Positions 36,254 through 46,230 of a stretch of 64,000 nt of DNA are shown here, piece by piece. The DNA is from Candidatus Methylacidiphilales bacterium (lineage in GTDB: Bacteria > Verrucomicrobiota > Verrucomicrobiia > Methylacidiphilales > JAAUTS01). The stretch's first letter is position 1; each line of letters begins with the position of its first letter. The position numbers and the translations under genes were made by a program. The notes beneath the pieces are model-generated. The model worked only from the letters and a program-made list of their open reading frames with translations. It did not search any database and was not told where the DNA came from. Where the stretch lies: contig JAQTNW010000015.1 of the NCBI GenBank assembly GCA_028713655.1, positions 2,360 to 66,359 on the forward strand. The letters run 5' to 3'.

Positions 36254-39200
36254 TCAGCGAAAATCTGTTAGGTTGGTTGGATCTATCACGTCCCCTCTGG
36301 GATGTTTGTCGCTCGGTGGATTCTCATGATCCATTGTTGTGTTTGATTGTGGCTTATCCGCTGTATGGGCTTTTAGGTAACCGTCGATGTCGCTGTAAGG
36401 GAGAAACCAAAAGCCGACGTTGAATGGTTCAATACACAGGCCGTCTTTTGTGCCGAAGAATTGAATGCCGTTGGAGGGATAAATGGTCGTGTCGGGATGC
36501 TCGAACTGTCCCGGAGCCCACAGGGCGGGGGCATCGCTGGGCTTGACGCACAAATCCGCGCGTGCCTGGTCGTTGAGGTGAAAGACGAGCGGGATATGGC
36601 GCGGCGTTCGCCCCTGACCGAGGCGATAACACAGCAGGTCGTAAACTCCTCCCTTGATCTTCGGTTTCTTGAGGGCGAACAGCGTGTCCTCGTGAAAGGC
36701 GAGTTCGGTGTGGTAAAGAACTTCGTTGGGAGTGGCGTCCCATGCCGCCTGCGCGAACCACGACGGTAATTCCTTGATAGGTTGTGATCCTGGTGTCGGC
36801 TGCTTACGAAAGATCGGCTGCACGGGCGTCATCAACGGCTTCGGCTCTGTGGATTGCGGATCGAGAAGGACAATCTCGCCGCGCTGGTTGGTGACAATGG
36901 TCTTGCCGCAGGCGGTCGCTATCTGCCCGCCAAACGAACTGTCGAAAACGGGTTGCCATGGTCCGGGAGTTTCCTGCATGTAGAACGTACCCTCCTTTGT
37001 GGTCATGCACGGCTTGCCGCCGAGTCCGAGGAAAATATGCGCATAATAGAGCCGAGTGTTGTCGTCGAATTGATTTTGCGCGGGCTTCCGTCGCGTGCTG
37101 GAGAGCAGCGTCGTCGAGTCATGGTCCCAGTCATAGCGCATGATGGCGTTCTCGTTGCTGGCGAACTTGAAACTGACGAACAAATAGAGCGCGTTGCCGG
37201 CTCCATAAAGATCACCGCTGAAAAAATCGGGCAACGCGTGCGCGGCCCACGTCGCCGTTTGCGGATCGTAGCGCGCAATCTGGTGTGCAGCGGGTCCGCC
37301 TTTGCCATCGTGGCCATTGGTTTCCCACGTCGTGTAGAGCGCATCTGACGTGCGGACGAAGGAATGCGGATTTCGATTGGCGGGGAGCGGAATCGATTGT
37401 GTCTTGAAATCGGGGAGGAACACCCGCATTAATTCATCTGGACCGCCCGGTTTATTGTGGGAGAGCCAGATGCTCTCATCATCCATGGTGAGGATGTTCT
37501 CATAATAATAGCCGGGTGCAACCGACGCATACCGCCATGGATACCAGTACCGCGTTACGGTGAGCGCGTCAGCCTCGGGCGAAGGCAGCGGAGTTTCCAC
37601 GGCGAGGTCGGGGAACTGGCGTTTGAAGGGAGCCTCGTAGTCGCGGCGGAATGTTCCCGAAACATTCCCCCCAGCTCGAGCTTTAAATGCTTGGTATTCC
37701 TTCCAAATCGAGGAGGCTTCGTCACGCGACCATCCCGCAGGTTTCCAGAGAATGGTTATCACGATTTCGTAAGGATGGAACGAATCACTATGGGCCAGGA
37801 CGTAGTGCAAAAGCGGGAGACCGACTGCGGCGTTTCGGCGTCTCACCTCGTCAGGCAACCCGCGCGCGCAAGAGAGATCGGGGGGATAGCCGTTCTCCTG
37901 CGCGATGGTCTCGCGCTGGTTCCACAACTCGCCGAGGTAATCTTTGTAAGCGGCGTCGGCCACGGCGGGATCGCCCGAGGCAGACTGGATGAGCAGCAAC
38001 CGCAAATGCGCGACGGGAGGGGTCTTGAGCGATTTGACGAACAGATCAAACTGCTTTTTCTGATCGTTCGTTGTTTTCAGGAAGCGCGGGCAAAAATCTT
38101 TGCCCTGTTCAAGCATCATACTGGGCAGCCAGTCGTTCGAGTTCGAGCAGACGACGCGCAGGGTCGCGAATTGCTCGTCCAGCGTGGCTGGCCATTCTTC
38201 GATGAAGAGGTTACGCATGGTGAGATGACCGAGCGAGTGATAGGGCCCCATCGACCCGTGTGCGGGGTCGAATTTCGTCAGCACGCGCAAGGCCTCGCGT
38301 ACGCGATCCGATTGCGCCGGGTCCTCGCGGTCGAGCAGGGCGAGGATGTACGACGCAACCGGTACAATAACCGGTCCGGGATCGGGCGATGTCACCGCTT
38401 TGACCACCTCCGGGTCCGGAACGTAGCCGGGTGTTTTGCTGGATTCGTAGAAACGAACGGCGTCCTGGATCGAGCGGATGATCATGGCCGCTCGTTGGTC
38501 GGCGTGTTGAGCCGACGGACCGTCCGGCAAAATGATCCTTTCGTTTTCGATCTTCAAATCGTTCCCGGAAATCGCTCCGCAGACCTCGCTCCTTACGGCA
38601 AAAAGCTGCTGCGCCCTTTCGCCCAGCAGGTCTGCGCTGTCGAGAGCCTCCAGCGCAGCGTCGCTAACCTTGTGCTGCCAGCCCCAAATGCCTTCCAGTA
38701 AATATTCCCGCGCTTCCTTTTGGGGCTGCCAAGGCTGGGAATTGGCAGTGGTGCCGGTGGCTTTCTGGATTTCAACGACCATCTGTTCTGTGAGTCCATG
38801 AAGATTATTCATGGGTCCGTGGATTTCCAGCGGGGTCTGTTGGTTGTTGGGCGAACGCAAACGGAGATGAATCGCAACATCGCCTGTGCCCTGTGTCGGA
38901 AGGCTCAAAGTTCCATCGATGACGCAGACTCCCTGCAAAAGAGGCTGGGGCGTGGGCGAAAGGGAGTGCTCAAAGCCAAGCGACCAAGCATGTCGCCTTT
39001 CTAAAACCACATAATCGGGCAATGACGCGAGTCTGCTTTCCAGCAGCAGGGTCAGTTTTCGTTCAAGGACGGCGGAATCGGTTGTGGCATAGTCGGCTCG
39101 AAGATTCAACACGGAGATGGGGATGGCTTTTGTTGGATCGAGTTTGAGCTTGGGCGCATAACCCGTAACACGGTGCGCGATTGATTTGGCAAGTTCGGGC

Positions 39201-39565
39201 AGGTTGTCCTTGGGTGGCGATGGATCGTCGAACAGTGCGTAGCCCAGACCCACCGCAGTAAACCGGACTTGAAGGCCATCCGGTGTTTTGCTGATAAAGA
39301 GCAGGCCATCCGCGCCGACAAGTTTGCCCAGAGCTACTGCATCCTTCCCAGCCATCTGTTGCAACTTGAGTTCGTCAGCAACTTTGGCCAGTTCATCGCG
39401 TTCCAACAGAAGGATATTTGGATTGCCGGAGAGTTCGGTTGTTAGCAGCGCCGACAGATTTTGCTCATCCGCATCGCTGATTATGGCGATTCGCACCGAC
39501 GCCGGATTGGCAGTGGCTGTTATCGCCAACACCATCAAGATCAGGACGCTTAAGATAACACGCAT
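36254..39565 (-). CDS. Large secreted paralog 1: two CsgG/LpoB-like modules, a helical region and a beta-propeller-like C-terminus (hypothetical)
   Basis: 1103 aa. Signal MRVILSVLILMVLAITATA. Paralogous to the next two genes (shared ERRHAWSLGFEHSL, EYL.E..W, RRKPAQNQFDD and GFWF.PY motifs). Confidence 0.85.
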   Translation of the reverse strand: MRVILSVLILMVLAITATANPASVRIAIISDADEQNLSALLTTELSGNPNILLLERDELAKVADELKLQQMAGKDAVALGKLVGADGLLFISKTPDGLQVRFTAVGLGYALFDDPSPPKDNLPELAKSIAHRVTGYAPKLKLDPTKAIPISVLNLRADYATTDSAVLERKLTLLLESRLASLPDYVVLERRHAWSLGFEHSLSPTPQPLLQGVCVIDGTLSLPTQGTGDVAIHLRLRSPNNQQTPLEIHGPMNNLHGLTEQMVVEIQKATGTTANSQPWQPQKEAREYLLEGIWGWQHKVSDAALEALDSADLLGERAQQLFAVRSEVCGAISGNDLKIENERIILPDGPSAQHADQRAAMIIRSIQDAVRFYESSKTPGYVPDPEVVKAVTSPDPGPVIVPVASYILALLDREDPAQSDRVREALRVLTKFDPAHGSMGPYHSLGHLTMRNLFIEEWPATLDEQFATLRVVCSNSNDWLPSMMLEQGKDFCPRFLKTTNDQKKQFDLFVKSLKTPPVAHLRLLLIQSASGDPAVADAAYKDYLGELWNQRETIAQENGYPPDLSCARGLPDEVRRRNAAVGLPLLHYVLAHSDSFHPYEIVITILWKPAGWSRDEASSIWKEYQAFKARAGGNVSGTFRRDYEAPFKRQFPDLAVETPLPSPEADALTVTRYWYPWRYASVAPGYYYENILTMDDESIWLSHNKPGGPDELMRVFLPDFKTQSIPLPANRNPHSFVRTSDALYTTWETNGHDGKGGPAAHQIARYDPQTATWAAHALPDFFSGDLYGAGNALYLFVSFKFASNENAIMRYDWDHDSTTLLSSTRRKPAQNQFDDNTRLYYAHIFLGLGGKPCMTTKEGTFYMQETPGPWQPVFDSSFGGQIATACGKTIVTNQRGEIVLLDPQSTEPKPLMTPVQPIFRKQPTPGSQPIKELPSWFAQAAWDATPNEVLYHTELAFHEDTLFALKKPKIKGGVYDLLCYRLGQGRTPRHIPLVFHLNDQARADLCVKPSDAPALWAPGQFEHPDTTIYPSNGIQFFGTKDGLCIEPFNVGFWFLPYSDIDGYLKAHTADKPQSNTTMDHENPPSDKHPRGDVIDPTNLTDFR
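39096..39405 (-). repeat. 310-bp tract 100% identical to 42464-42773 (gene-conversion tract between paralogs 1 and 2)
   Basis: Compared base by base. The ORF track also yields identical 71-aa off-frame peptides at 39106..39321 and 42474..42689. Confidence 0.95.
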
Positions 39566-39594
39566 ATAATTTCAGTTTGCCATGTGGACTTTTA

Positions 39595-42500
39595 TTAACG
39601 AAAACTAGTCAGATCTCCTGGATCGACATCATTGCCTACGGTAGGTTTTGCCATTATTTTGGGAGTATTAATTGGGATTGTCGTCGACGTTACACTATCT
39701 GATTGAACCTTGAGATGAGCTTTAAAGTAAGCTTCGATGTGGGTGTACGGAACAAACCAAAAACCCACCCAGGGGAGCACAAGACAAAGCCCCTGTTTCG
39801 TTGCCTTCAATTCTGGTTCATATAGACGGTTAGGCTGCTCAATATCATCAAGCGACCAGCCGTTCGGCGCACGGCCCGGGTGTAGCGACAACGCAGCCTT
39901 GGCTGAGGCAGTCAGTTGCATCTTCAGGGGAATGCGCACGGGCTTGCGACCTCGCGCCTTGTCGTAGCAGAGCAATTCATAGCGGTTTTCGAACGTACTT
40001 GGCTTGAAGAGAATGAAGAGCCTGCCGTCGTGAAAGGCGACCGTTCTTTCATCCATTTGCTTTCTCTTGCCGGGAGGACAATCCCAGATTGTTTGGCTTG
40101 CCCACGGCGTTGTAACGGGGCTTGTCTTGGCCTTGCGATAGATAGGTTCGTCGGCCGCCATCCATGGAATCGGCGAGGGCATCTTCGGATCGATGAACAT
40201 TGCTTCGCCTTCCCAGTTGAATACCAGGCTTTGGTCACCCACGGAGACCACATAATCATTGCACGCGCCATCGAAAACGGGTGGCCAGGTCCCAGGCGAT
40301 TCCTGAATAAAGTACGTGCCATCGCCCGTCGTCACACTCGGTTTGTTTCCCGGCCCGGCAAAGATCGAGATGACTCGATAGGTGCTTGTGTCATCAAATT
40401 GATTCTGCGCGGGTCGCCGACGGTTATCGGCGAGGAGGGTAACTTTATCCGCGTCCCAGTTGTACTTAACCAAGCCTGACTCTGCCCCTTGGCGCGAACC
40501 CGTAGGGAGATAGATATCACCGTTTACCCCGTATAGATACTGCGAAGAATACGAAACCGGGAGATCGCGCTTCGTCCAGCTTGAGGTCGAAAAATCATAA
40601 CGCGCGAGTTGTTGTCTGAGACCCTGCAGGGTCTCATCGCTTCCCATCGGCGCGTAAAGAGCCTGTGGGGTCCAAAGTAACCCCTGAATATACTTGCCGT
40701 CCATGGTATCAACGGTTTCTGTTTGCAGGTCCGGCAGGTGGATTTTGAAAATCCGCCCTTTTTCCAGGATATTAAGATAGCTGGCAACCCAGATTTGGTC
40801 GTTGGCCACGCTGGTGGCAGTAATGATGATATTATTATCGACTGGGGTGCTGGGTACCAGCCAGGGATGCCAAAACTGCGTGATGACAAGAGGCGGTGTG
40901 GAATTTGTGTCCGTCGCCGCATTCGCGTTAACTACGTTTGGGAACTTGCTTTTGAAGTAGTACATAATACTGTCCATCTCGGCGATAAAGGAGAGGTCGG
41001 GAAGGCCATGCTTTTGTATTACAACATCCGTACGCCGCTTTACGTAGTCCTGTTCTTCCTTCCAGATCGCCGAAGCGTCGGTCAAATCCGTTTCAGTGGG
41101 CTGCCATAGATTTTTCAATATGATAATGCCACTATTTCCGGGATGTTCCTCGTCCAGCACGGCATGAACGATGGGAAGCGACGCCTTGGCGTCCCGTCTC
41201 TTTACTTCGGAGGCAATATCCCAGACACTTTCCACAAGCGGCGAGTAGTCATTACATGTGGAAAGCTCTTGACGACTAGCTAGGAGATAGTTCAAGTATT
41301 CAAGGTAGGCGGCATCCGCTGTTGCCGCGTCTTTCACGTGCGTTTTCAAAACAAGATAAGTTCGTTTTGTATCAGGATTGTTTTTCAAGCTTTCCACAAA
41401 ATCGTCAAATGCCTTCTCACGCTCCTTGGGAGTCGTCAGGAGTCGCGCGCAAAAAGTTTGAGATGGATCCTTCAGACTGTCTTTCGGGAGCGCCTGCTGA
41501 TTGTCATTGCAAATCAGTCGAAGCCAGGCGATTTCTTCCTCGATAGTTTGCGCCCAATCGTCGGCGAAAATATAAGCCACGTTCTCACGAAGACTCACAT
41601 TACCGGGCTGTACCGCACCCGACTTGCCATTCTGTGGATCATATCCCGTGAGAGTGCGTAGGGTGTGACGGAGTTCGTTTGCGCGTGGAGATTGCGCCCG
41701 TTCCAGCAGTACCAGAATTTTTGACGCCTTATACGAGACGGTGGCAATGGTCTGGGAGGTTTCTGGACCGTTGGACGGAGCGAGCTTTTCAGGTTTCGCT
41801 TCCAGCTTTTGGTCGCGATAGCGTACCGTTTCCGAAAGCGCACGCAAAATGACTTCCGTTTTAGCTGCCAAGGTGTCCGAATCGAAAGTCGGTTTGCCGT
41901 TAAGCTCGGGAGGATGCCATTTCTCCATGCCTTGTTCGGAGATTAAGCAGAGAATTTGGATGCGCAATGGAACAATCTTTTCGGGCGCTGCGCCGAGCAA
42001 TTCGGCGCTATCGACTGCTTCCAACGCGGCAGCGGGAACATTCGCGCGTAAACCCCAGAGCGCCTCGCGCAAATATTCATTTGCCTCCGGGATCGCGGTC
42101 AGCCCGGAGTTCGAGAACGGTTGCCCCATATCTTTTTTGATTTCAGCAAGAATCTGGTCAACCAGCGCACCGAGATTTTTCGTGTCGCCCTGCAGCATTG
42201 TCTTCTTTTCATCTCCTCTTGGTTCTCGCAAACGTAACGCGACGGAGCAGGTGTCGCCCGGAGCGGCCATGCTGATCGTTCCATCGATGAGGTAGGCGCC
42301 CTTCAGCAGCGGCTTCGATGTGGCATTGAGCGAATGCTCGAAGCCCAGCGACCATGCATGCCTACGTTCAAGTACAACGTATTCAGGAACTGAAGTTAAT
42401 CGACTTTCCAATAGCAAGGTCAGATTTCGTTCAACTTGAAGAGATTGGGCGGTGCCGTAATCAGCTCGAAGATTCAACACGGAGATGGGGATGGCTTTTG

Positions 42501-42969
42501 TTGGATCGAGTTTGAGCTTGGGCGCATAACCCGTAACACGGTGCGCGATTGATTTGGCAAGTTCGGGCAGGTTGTCCTTGGGTGGCGATGGATCGTCGAA
42601 CAGTGCGTAGCCCAGACCCACCGCAGTAAACCGGACTTGAAGGCCATCCGGTGTTTTGCTGATAAAGAGCAGGCCATCCGCGCCGACAAGTTTGCCCAGA
42701 GCTACTGCATCCTTCCCAGCCATCTGTTGCAACTTGAGTTCGTCAGCAACTTTGGCCAGTTCATCGCGTTCCACCAAAAGGATATCTGGATTGCCGGAGA
42801 GTTCGGTTGTCAGGAGGGCGGCCAGATCTGCCGTTTCGGACGTGCTGATTACTGCAAGGCGACAGGATGCCGACGGAGCATGCGCTGTGATGGCGGGTTC
42901 TTCCGCCGCAATTACTAACTGTCCTTGACAAAAAATTATCGGGAACAACAGAAAAAGAAAATATTTCAT
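39595..42969 (-). CDS. Large secreted paralog 2 (same architecture)
   Basis: ORF-track frame 39595..43062 trimmed to ATG 42969 (MKYFLFLLFPIIFCQGQLVIA signal), which forms an ATGA overlap with the paralog 3 stop. Confidence 0.85.
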   Translation of the reverse strand: MKYFLFLLFPIIFCQGQLVIAAEEPAITAHAPSASCRLAVISTSETADLAALLTTELSGNPDILLVERDELAKVADELKLQQMAGKDAVALGKLVGADGLLFISKTPDGLQVRFTAVGLGYALFDDPSPPKDNLPELAKSIAHRVTGYAPKLKLDPTKAIPISVLNLRADYGTAQSLQVERNLTLLLESRLTSVPEYVVLERRHAWSLGFEHSLNATSKPLLKGAYLIDGTISMAAPGDTCSVALRLREPRGDEKKTMLQGDTKNLGALVDQILAEIKKDMGQPFSNSGLTAIPEANEYLREALWGLRANVPAAALEAVDSAELLGAAPEKIVPLRIQILCLISEQGMEKWHPPELNGKPTFDSDTLAAKTEVILRALSETVRYRDQKLEAKPEKLAPSNGPETSQTIATVSYKASKILVLLERAQSPRANELRHTLRTLTGYDPQNGKSGAVQPGNVSLRENVAYIFADDWAQTIEEEIAWLRLICNDNQQALPKDSLKDPSQTFCARLLTTPKEREKAFDDFVESLKNNPDTKRTYLVLKTHVKDAATADAAYLEYLNYLLASRQELSTCNDYSPLVESVWDIASEVKRRDAKASLPIVHAVLDEEHPGNSGIIILKNLWQPTETDLTDASAIWKEEQDYVKRRTDVVIQKHGLPDLSFIAEMDSIMYYFKSKFPNVVNANAATDTNSTPPLVITQFWHPWLVPSTPVDNNIIITATSVANDQIWVASYLNILEKGRIFKIHLPDLQTETVDTMDGKYIQGLLWTPQALYAPMGSDETLQGLRQQLARYDFSTSSWTKRDLPVSYSSQYLYGVNGDIYLPTGSRQGAESGLVKYNWDADKVTLLADNRRRPAQNQFDDTSTYRVISIFAGPGNKPSVTTGDGTYFIQESPGTWPPVFDGACNDYVVSVGDQSLVFNWEGEAMFIDPKMPSPIPWMAADEPIYRKAKTSPVTTPWASQTIWDCPPGKRKQMDERTVAFHDGRLFILFKPSTFENRYELLCYDKARGRKPVRIPLKMQLTASAKAALSLHPGRAPNGWSLDDIEQPNRLYEPELKATKQGLCLVLPWVGFWFVPYTHIEAYFKAHLKVQSDSVTSTTIPINTPKIMAKPTVGNDVDPGDLTSFR
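42464..42773 (-). repeat. Second copy of the 310-bp identical tract
   Basis: Offset of exactly 3368 bp from copy 1. Flanks diverge immediately (39095 g versus 42463 a; 39406 a versus 42774 c). Confidence 0.95.
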
Positions 42970-45900
42970 GGATTTTTTGTAATGCTCTCGCGCTTCCCGG
43001 CAAGCCAGTCTGCTTTTTTTGATTCCAGAGCCGCGTTCGGAATGAACCAAAATCCATGGCACGGAGTTTCCAAAAGCAGTCCATGTCTGCTGGCAATCAA
43101 TTTCAAGCTGTAAGAGGCTTTTTCCGGCGCTGCTATCGCATCCGCATTGAAAAGACTGCTGTTACCATTTTCAGAAATGGCTGCAATTGTTTTTCGTATA
43201 TCATCAGGCAACTGAAAGGCGACGGGGATGCTCAGGCCATCGGAAGGCCCTCCTTTCCAATACCACAGAAGCTCGTAGCTTTGGCCTTCCTTGCGGTTTA
43301 GAATAAACAAATCCTCCGGACGGAAAGCTAGCGCATTATTCATCAACCATTGCGATGTCCAGCCGGTAGGTTTCCTCCATCCCCACTCCCACTCTCCTGG
43401 ATTGGCGGCATCCAACCAGACTGTACTTCCTTCGGGGTTCACATGGATAACTATTCCATTTTTTCCAGCCAACAGGGCCTCGCCTTCACTCAAAATGCAA
43501 TGCGGAGAATCCATGTCCATGATTTCCTTCCAATTTCCATCTTCCTTCTGAAGGATGAAAACACGCGATAGTGGAGGGCCGGTCACCACCCAAATCTTGC
43601 TCTTCGGCCCGTCAAATACCCCCAAAATGCGGCCATTGACACTCTCATCCAATTGATTCAAAGGAGGTTTGCGCCGCGTGCTGGCCAGCAATTGTGATTC
43701 TTTGGTGGTCCAATCATATTCCAAAAGACCGTTCTCCTCACTCCGACTGGATGGATGCTTCCAGAGGCTGAAGTACAATTTCTTTCCTGCTGAATAAATT
43801 TCAGAGGCATCCTGAAATGAACGTTCCTCCCAGGTGCATAAGGCCGTGTCAAAGCGGCTAAGAAACATTTCCATCGGCCTGTTATTACCCGGATATTTAC
43901 CGTGTAAGACATATACTCCATCCGGAGTAATTGCCATTTTACCGCCTGTGCCGCTGAATCCCACGGGAAACTCTTTGTCCTGCAATTCCGGGAGTGAAAC
44001 CTTGATCAAACTTCCGCCGGGGCGTCCGTTCCAATTCCCGATCAGCCAAGCCGTATCTCCTGCGACCTTCAGACTGTTGTAGCCAAACTCGTAGGACTTT
44101 CCATCACTCTTCGCACACCAATAGTGGCTGACAAGCAGCGCTTCCTGTTCGTGCGCCGCCTCCGGCTGCTTTAGTACCGGATAATGCATCAAAAATTCTT
44201 TTTCATGCCAGTTAAAGGCTCTGGCAGTCTTGCTTTGTTCCGTTTCCGGCAGTGAATTCAATATCCGCTTCCGGTATTCATTGAAGTTTTTCCAAACAGC
44301 TTGTGCCAGCTCCGGATCAAAGGTGCCCCTGTCAAGATATTCAGACAGCAGGTCACCATCATATTTTTTCAAAACCTGAAAAAGCTGCGTTAAAAATTCC
44401 GCGCGCTCCTTTGCCATGTTGCTGTCAAAGCGTCCATTCAGCCAATCTGCGTTCAGATATTCATCCAGCTCGCCGTTTTTTTCCAGAGTCTCGGCGCGAT
44501 CCGCCATTAATTTCAGATATTGTCTGTAAGCCGCCGCCGACTCCTCCGTCGATCCATGCCTGCTCAGCAGCAATAAGCCGAAAAGCTCAGTGCCAGGTTG
44601 AGCCTTCCATTCCACAGCCAGGGCCACCAGATGTTTTCTGGCCTCCTCTTTGCTTAAAAAACGTTTTCCAAGTGCGATCTCAGGTTCACGCTTCAACCGT
44701 TTGAATACCCAAAAACGCTTGGGTTCGGATGACTCCACCCAAACCTTGTAAAAAGAAAGCAGATCTTCCAGGGAAGCCGCCCATAGCGGCGCATAATCCG
44801 CGGCATAAGCGAAATTGTAGGGACTATTTTTGCCAGTAGGATCAAATGGCGCCAACTCCCGCAACAAGACCCGGATGCGTTCCATGTCCAGTTCTGAATT
44901 CCCGTCTGTTTCAAGTTCCAACAGGAATTCGGAAGCGGCATTCAAAACCTCGGTTTTGGGAACGTCCTGTTTCTGGTTTTCCAGTTCCCGGCATAAAGCC
45001 AGCGCATTCAGAATCACATCATAACGGAATTGCGGTGAGGCGGGCACGGGTTCCAGAACTTTGCCGTTGTAAAAACGCTTTTCACCGTGAGCAAGCCTGG
45101 CATAGGTCTTGGCCAGAAGCTGTTGGAGCACGACTGATTTTTCTCCAAGAGCCACAGCCGCCTCGCCCGCCTCCAAGGCCATTTCATCCATGCCATGAGT
45201 CTCGGCCCACAAGGCTTCAGTCAGATATTCTTTCGTTTCCTTTGCCCCAAGAACTTCCTTTTTGTTTTGTTGTCCCGTAATAAAGGCTGTGGTTTCTTGC
45301 ATCAGCCTGTTTAGCTCTTCCGATTTGACTTTGAACTTGCCCTCTCTGGTTGCCTCTTTCCCACGAACCCGCAGGCTCAGGCTGATTTCCCCGTCGTTCA
45401 ACCCCACTTCGAATGATCCATCCACCAATAAAACACCCGATTGCAGCGACTCAGGGATTGCGGCGCCCAGGCCCCTCTCGAACTGTGCCTCGCCCAAGCG
45501 CCTTCTCTCCAATAGAACAACCCCCGGTTCCGCATCAAGCTGCATCTCCAGCAAGCGGGTCAACTTTATCTCCCATTCTACATTGGTGGGCGAAAAAGTT
45601 GCGGCACGCAGATTGATTACGGTTATGGGCAAGGCATTCGTGCTCGCCAATAAACATTTGGGAGCTTTTTCAGCCACGGCATCTGCCAGTTTATTGGCCA
45701 ATTCCTGCGGATTCTTTTCCGGAATTTCTGCACTCCACAAGCGGAGTCCGTTGTGTGTGGAAAAAAGCCGAAGCGTCAGAGGGCCACCCTGACCCGCCTT
45801 TTCCAAAACCAAAAGCCCGTCTGCCTTCAACAGGTCAAACGCATGGTTCAAACGATCCCCTGCGGCAAATTCCTGCAGTTGCTTTTCCGTAGCCAACCGA

Positions 45901-46124
45901 GACAACTCGGCGCGTTCCAACAGCACGATTCCGGGAAGCGAGCCAAGCCTGGCCGATAACAATGCAGCCAAATCCCCGGTTGCTTCCGTCCCTACCAGGG
46001 CCAACCTAACAGGAGTTGCGGAAGGCTTTGCGGGTTCTTCCGCCTTTGCCGGGGGGAATGTAATCAAGGAAAAACAAAAGATTACCAGGCTTGCCAATAC
46101 GTTGCCTTGTATCGTTGGCCGCAT
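42966..46124 (-). CDS. Large secreted paralog 3 (more divergent, same architecture)
   Basis: ORF-track frame trimmed to ATG 46124 (MRPTIQGNVLASLVIFCFSLITFPPAKA signal). Shares LLERRRLGEAQFERGL, KEYLTEALW, RRKPPLNQLDE and HGFWFIP with paralogs 1 and 2. Confidence 0.8.
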   Translation of the reverse strand: MRPTIQGNVLASLVIFCFSLITFPPAKAEEPAKPSATPVRLALVGTEATGDLAALLSARLGSLPGIVLLERAELSRLATEKQLQEFAAGDRLNHAFDLLKADGLLVLEKAGQGGPLTLRLFSTHNGLRLWSAEIPEKNPQELANKLADAVAEKAPKCLLASTNALPITVINLRAATFSPTNVEWEIKLTRLLEMQLDAEPGVVLLERRRLGEAQFERGLGAAIPESLQSGVLLVDGSFEVGLNDGEISLSLRVRGKEATREGKFKVKSEELNRLMQETTAFITGQQNKKEVLGAKETKEYLTEALWAETHGMDEMALEAGEAAVALGEKSVVLQQLLAKTYARLAHGEKRFYNGKVLEPVPASPQFRYDVILNALALCRELENQKQDVPKTEVLNAASEFLLELETDGNSELDMERIRVLLRELAPFDPTGKNSPYNFAYAADYAPLWAASLEDLLSFYKVWVESSEPKRFWVFKRLKREPEIALGKRFLSKEEARKHLVALAVEWKAQPGTELFGLLLLSRHGSTEESAAAYRQYLKLMADRAETLEKNGELDEYLNADWLNGRFDSNMAKERAEFLTQLFQVLKKYDGDLLSEYLDRGTFDPELAQAVWKNFNEYRKRILNSLPETEQSKTARAFNWHEKEFLMHYPVLKQPEAAHEQEALLVSHYWCAKSDGKSYEFGYNSLKVAGDTAWLIGNWNGRPGGSLIKVSLPELQDKEFPVGFSGTGGKMAITPDGVYVLHGKYPGNNRPMEMFLSRFDTALCTWEERSFQDASEIYSAGKKLYFSLWKHPSSRSEENGLLEYDWTTKESQLLASTRRKPPLNQLDESVNGRILGVFDGPKSKIWVVTGPPLSRVFILQKEDGNWKEIMDMDSPHCILSEGEALLAGKNGIVIHVNPEGSTVWLDAANPGEWEWGWRKPTGWTSQWLMNNALAFRPEDLFILNRKEGQSYELLWYWKGGPSDGLSIPVAFQLPDDIRKTIAAISENGNSSLFNADAIAAPEKASYSLKLIASRHGLLLETPCHGFWFIPNAALESKKADWLAGKRESITKNP

Positions 46125-46230
46125 GGCATGACGTGATCGCCCGGAAATTCCCATTATTTTTCTCTGGTGGTTGAAACAAGCGCCAAGGCAGTGCAAAAAG
46201 GAAGAATCATGACGGAATACGCAGTCGTGT

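Noticed and set aside
43014-43020. A7/T7 homopolymer near the paralog 3 C-terminus as a phase-variation switch
   Set aside because: Seven bases is short for efficient slippage and I have no evidence of variation. It is noted only because it lies about 50 nt upstream of the coupled paralog 2 start.
42970-43062. 31-codon N-terminal extension of paralog 2 in the ORF track
   Set aside because: It would overlap the paralog 3 coding region by 97 nt and place a charged segment before the signal peptide. ATG 42969 gives a signal peptide and an ATGA junction.
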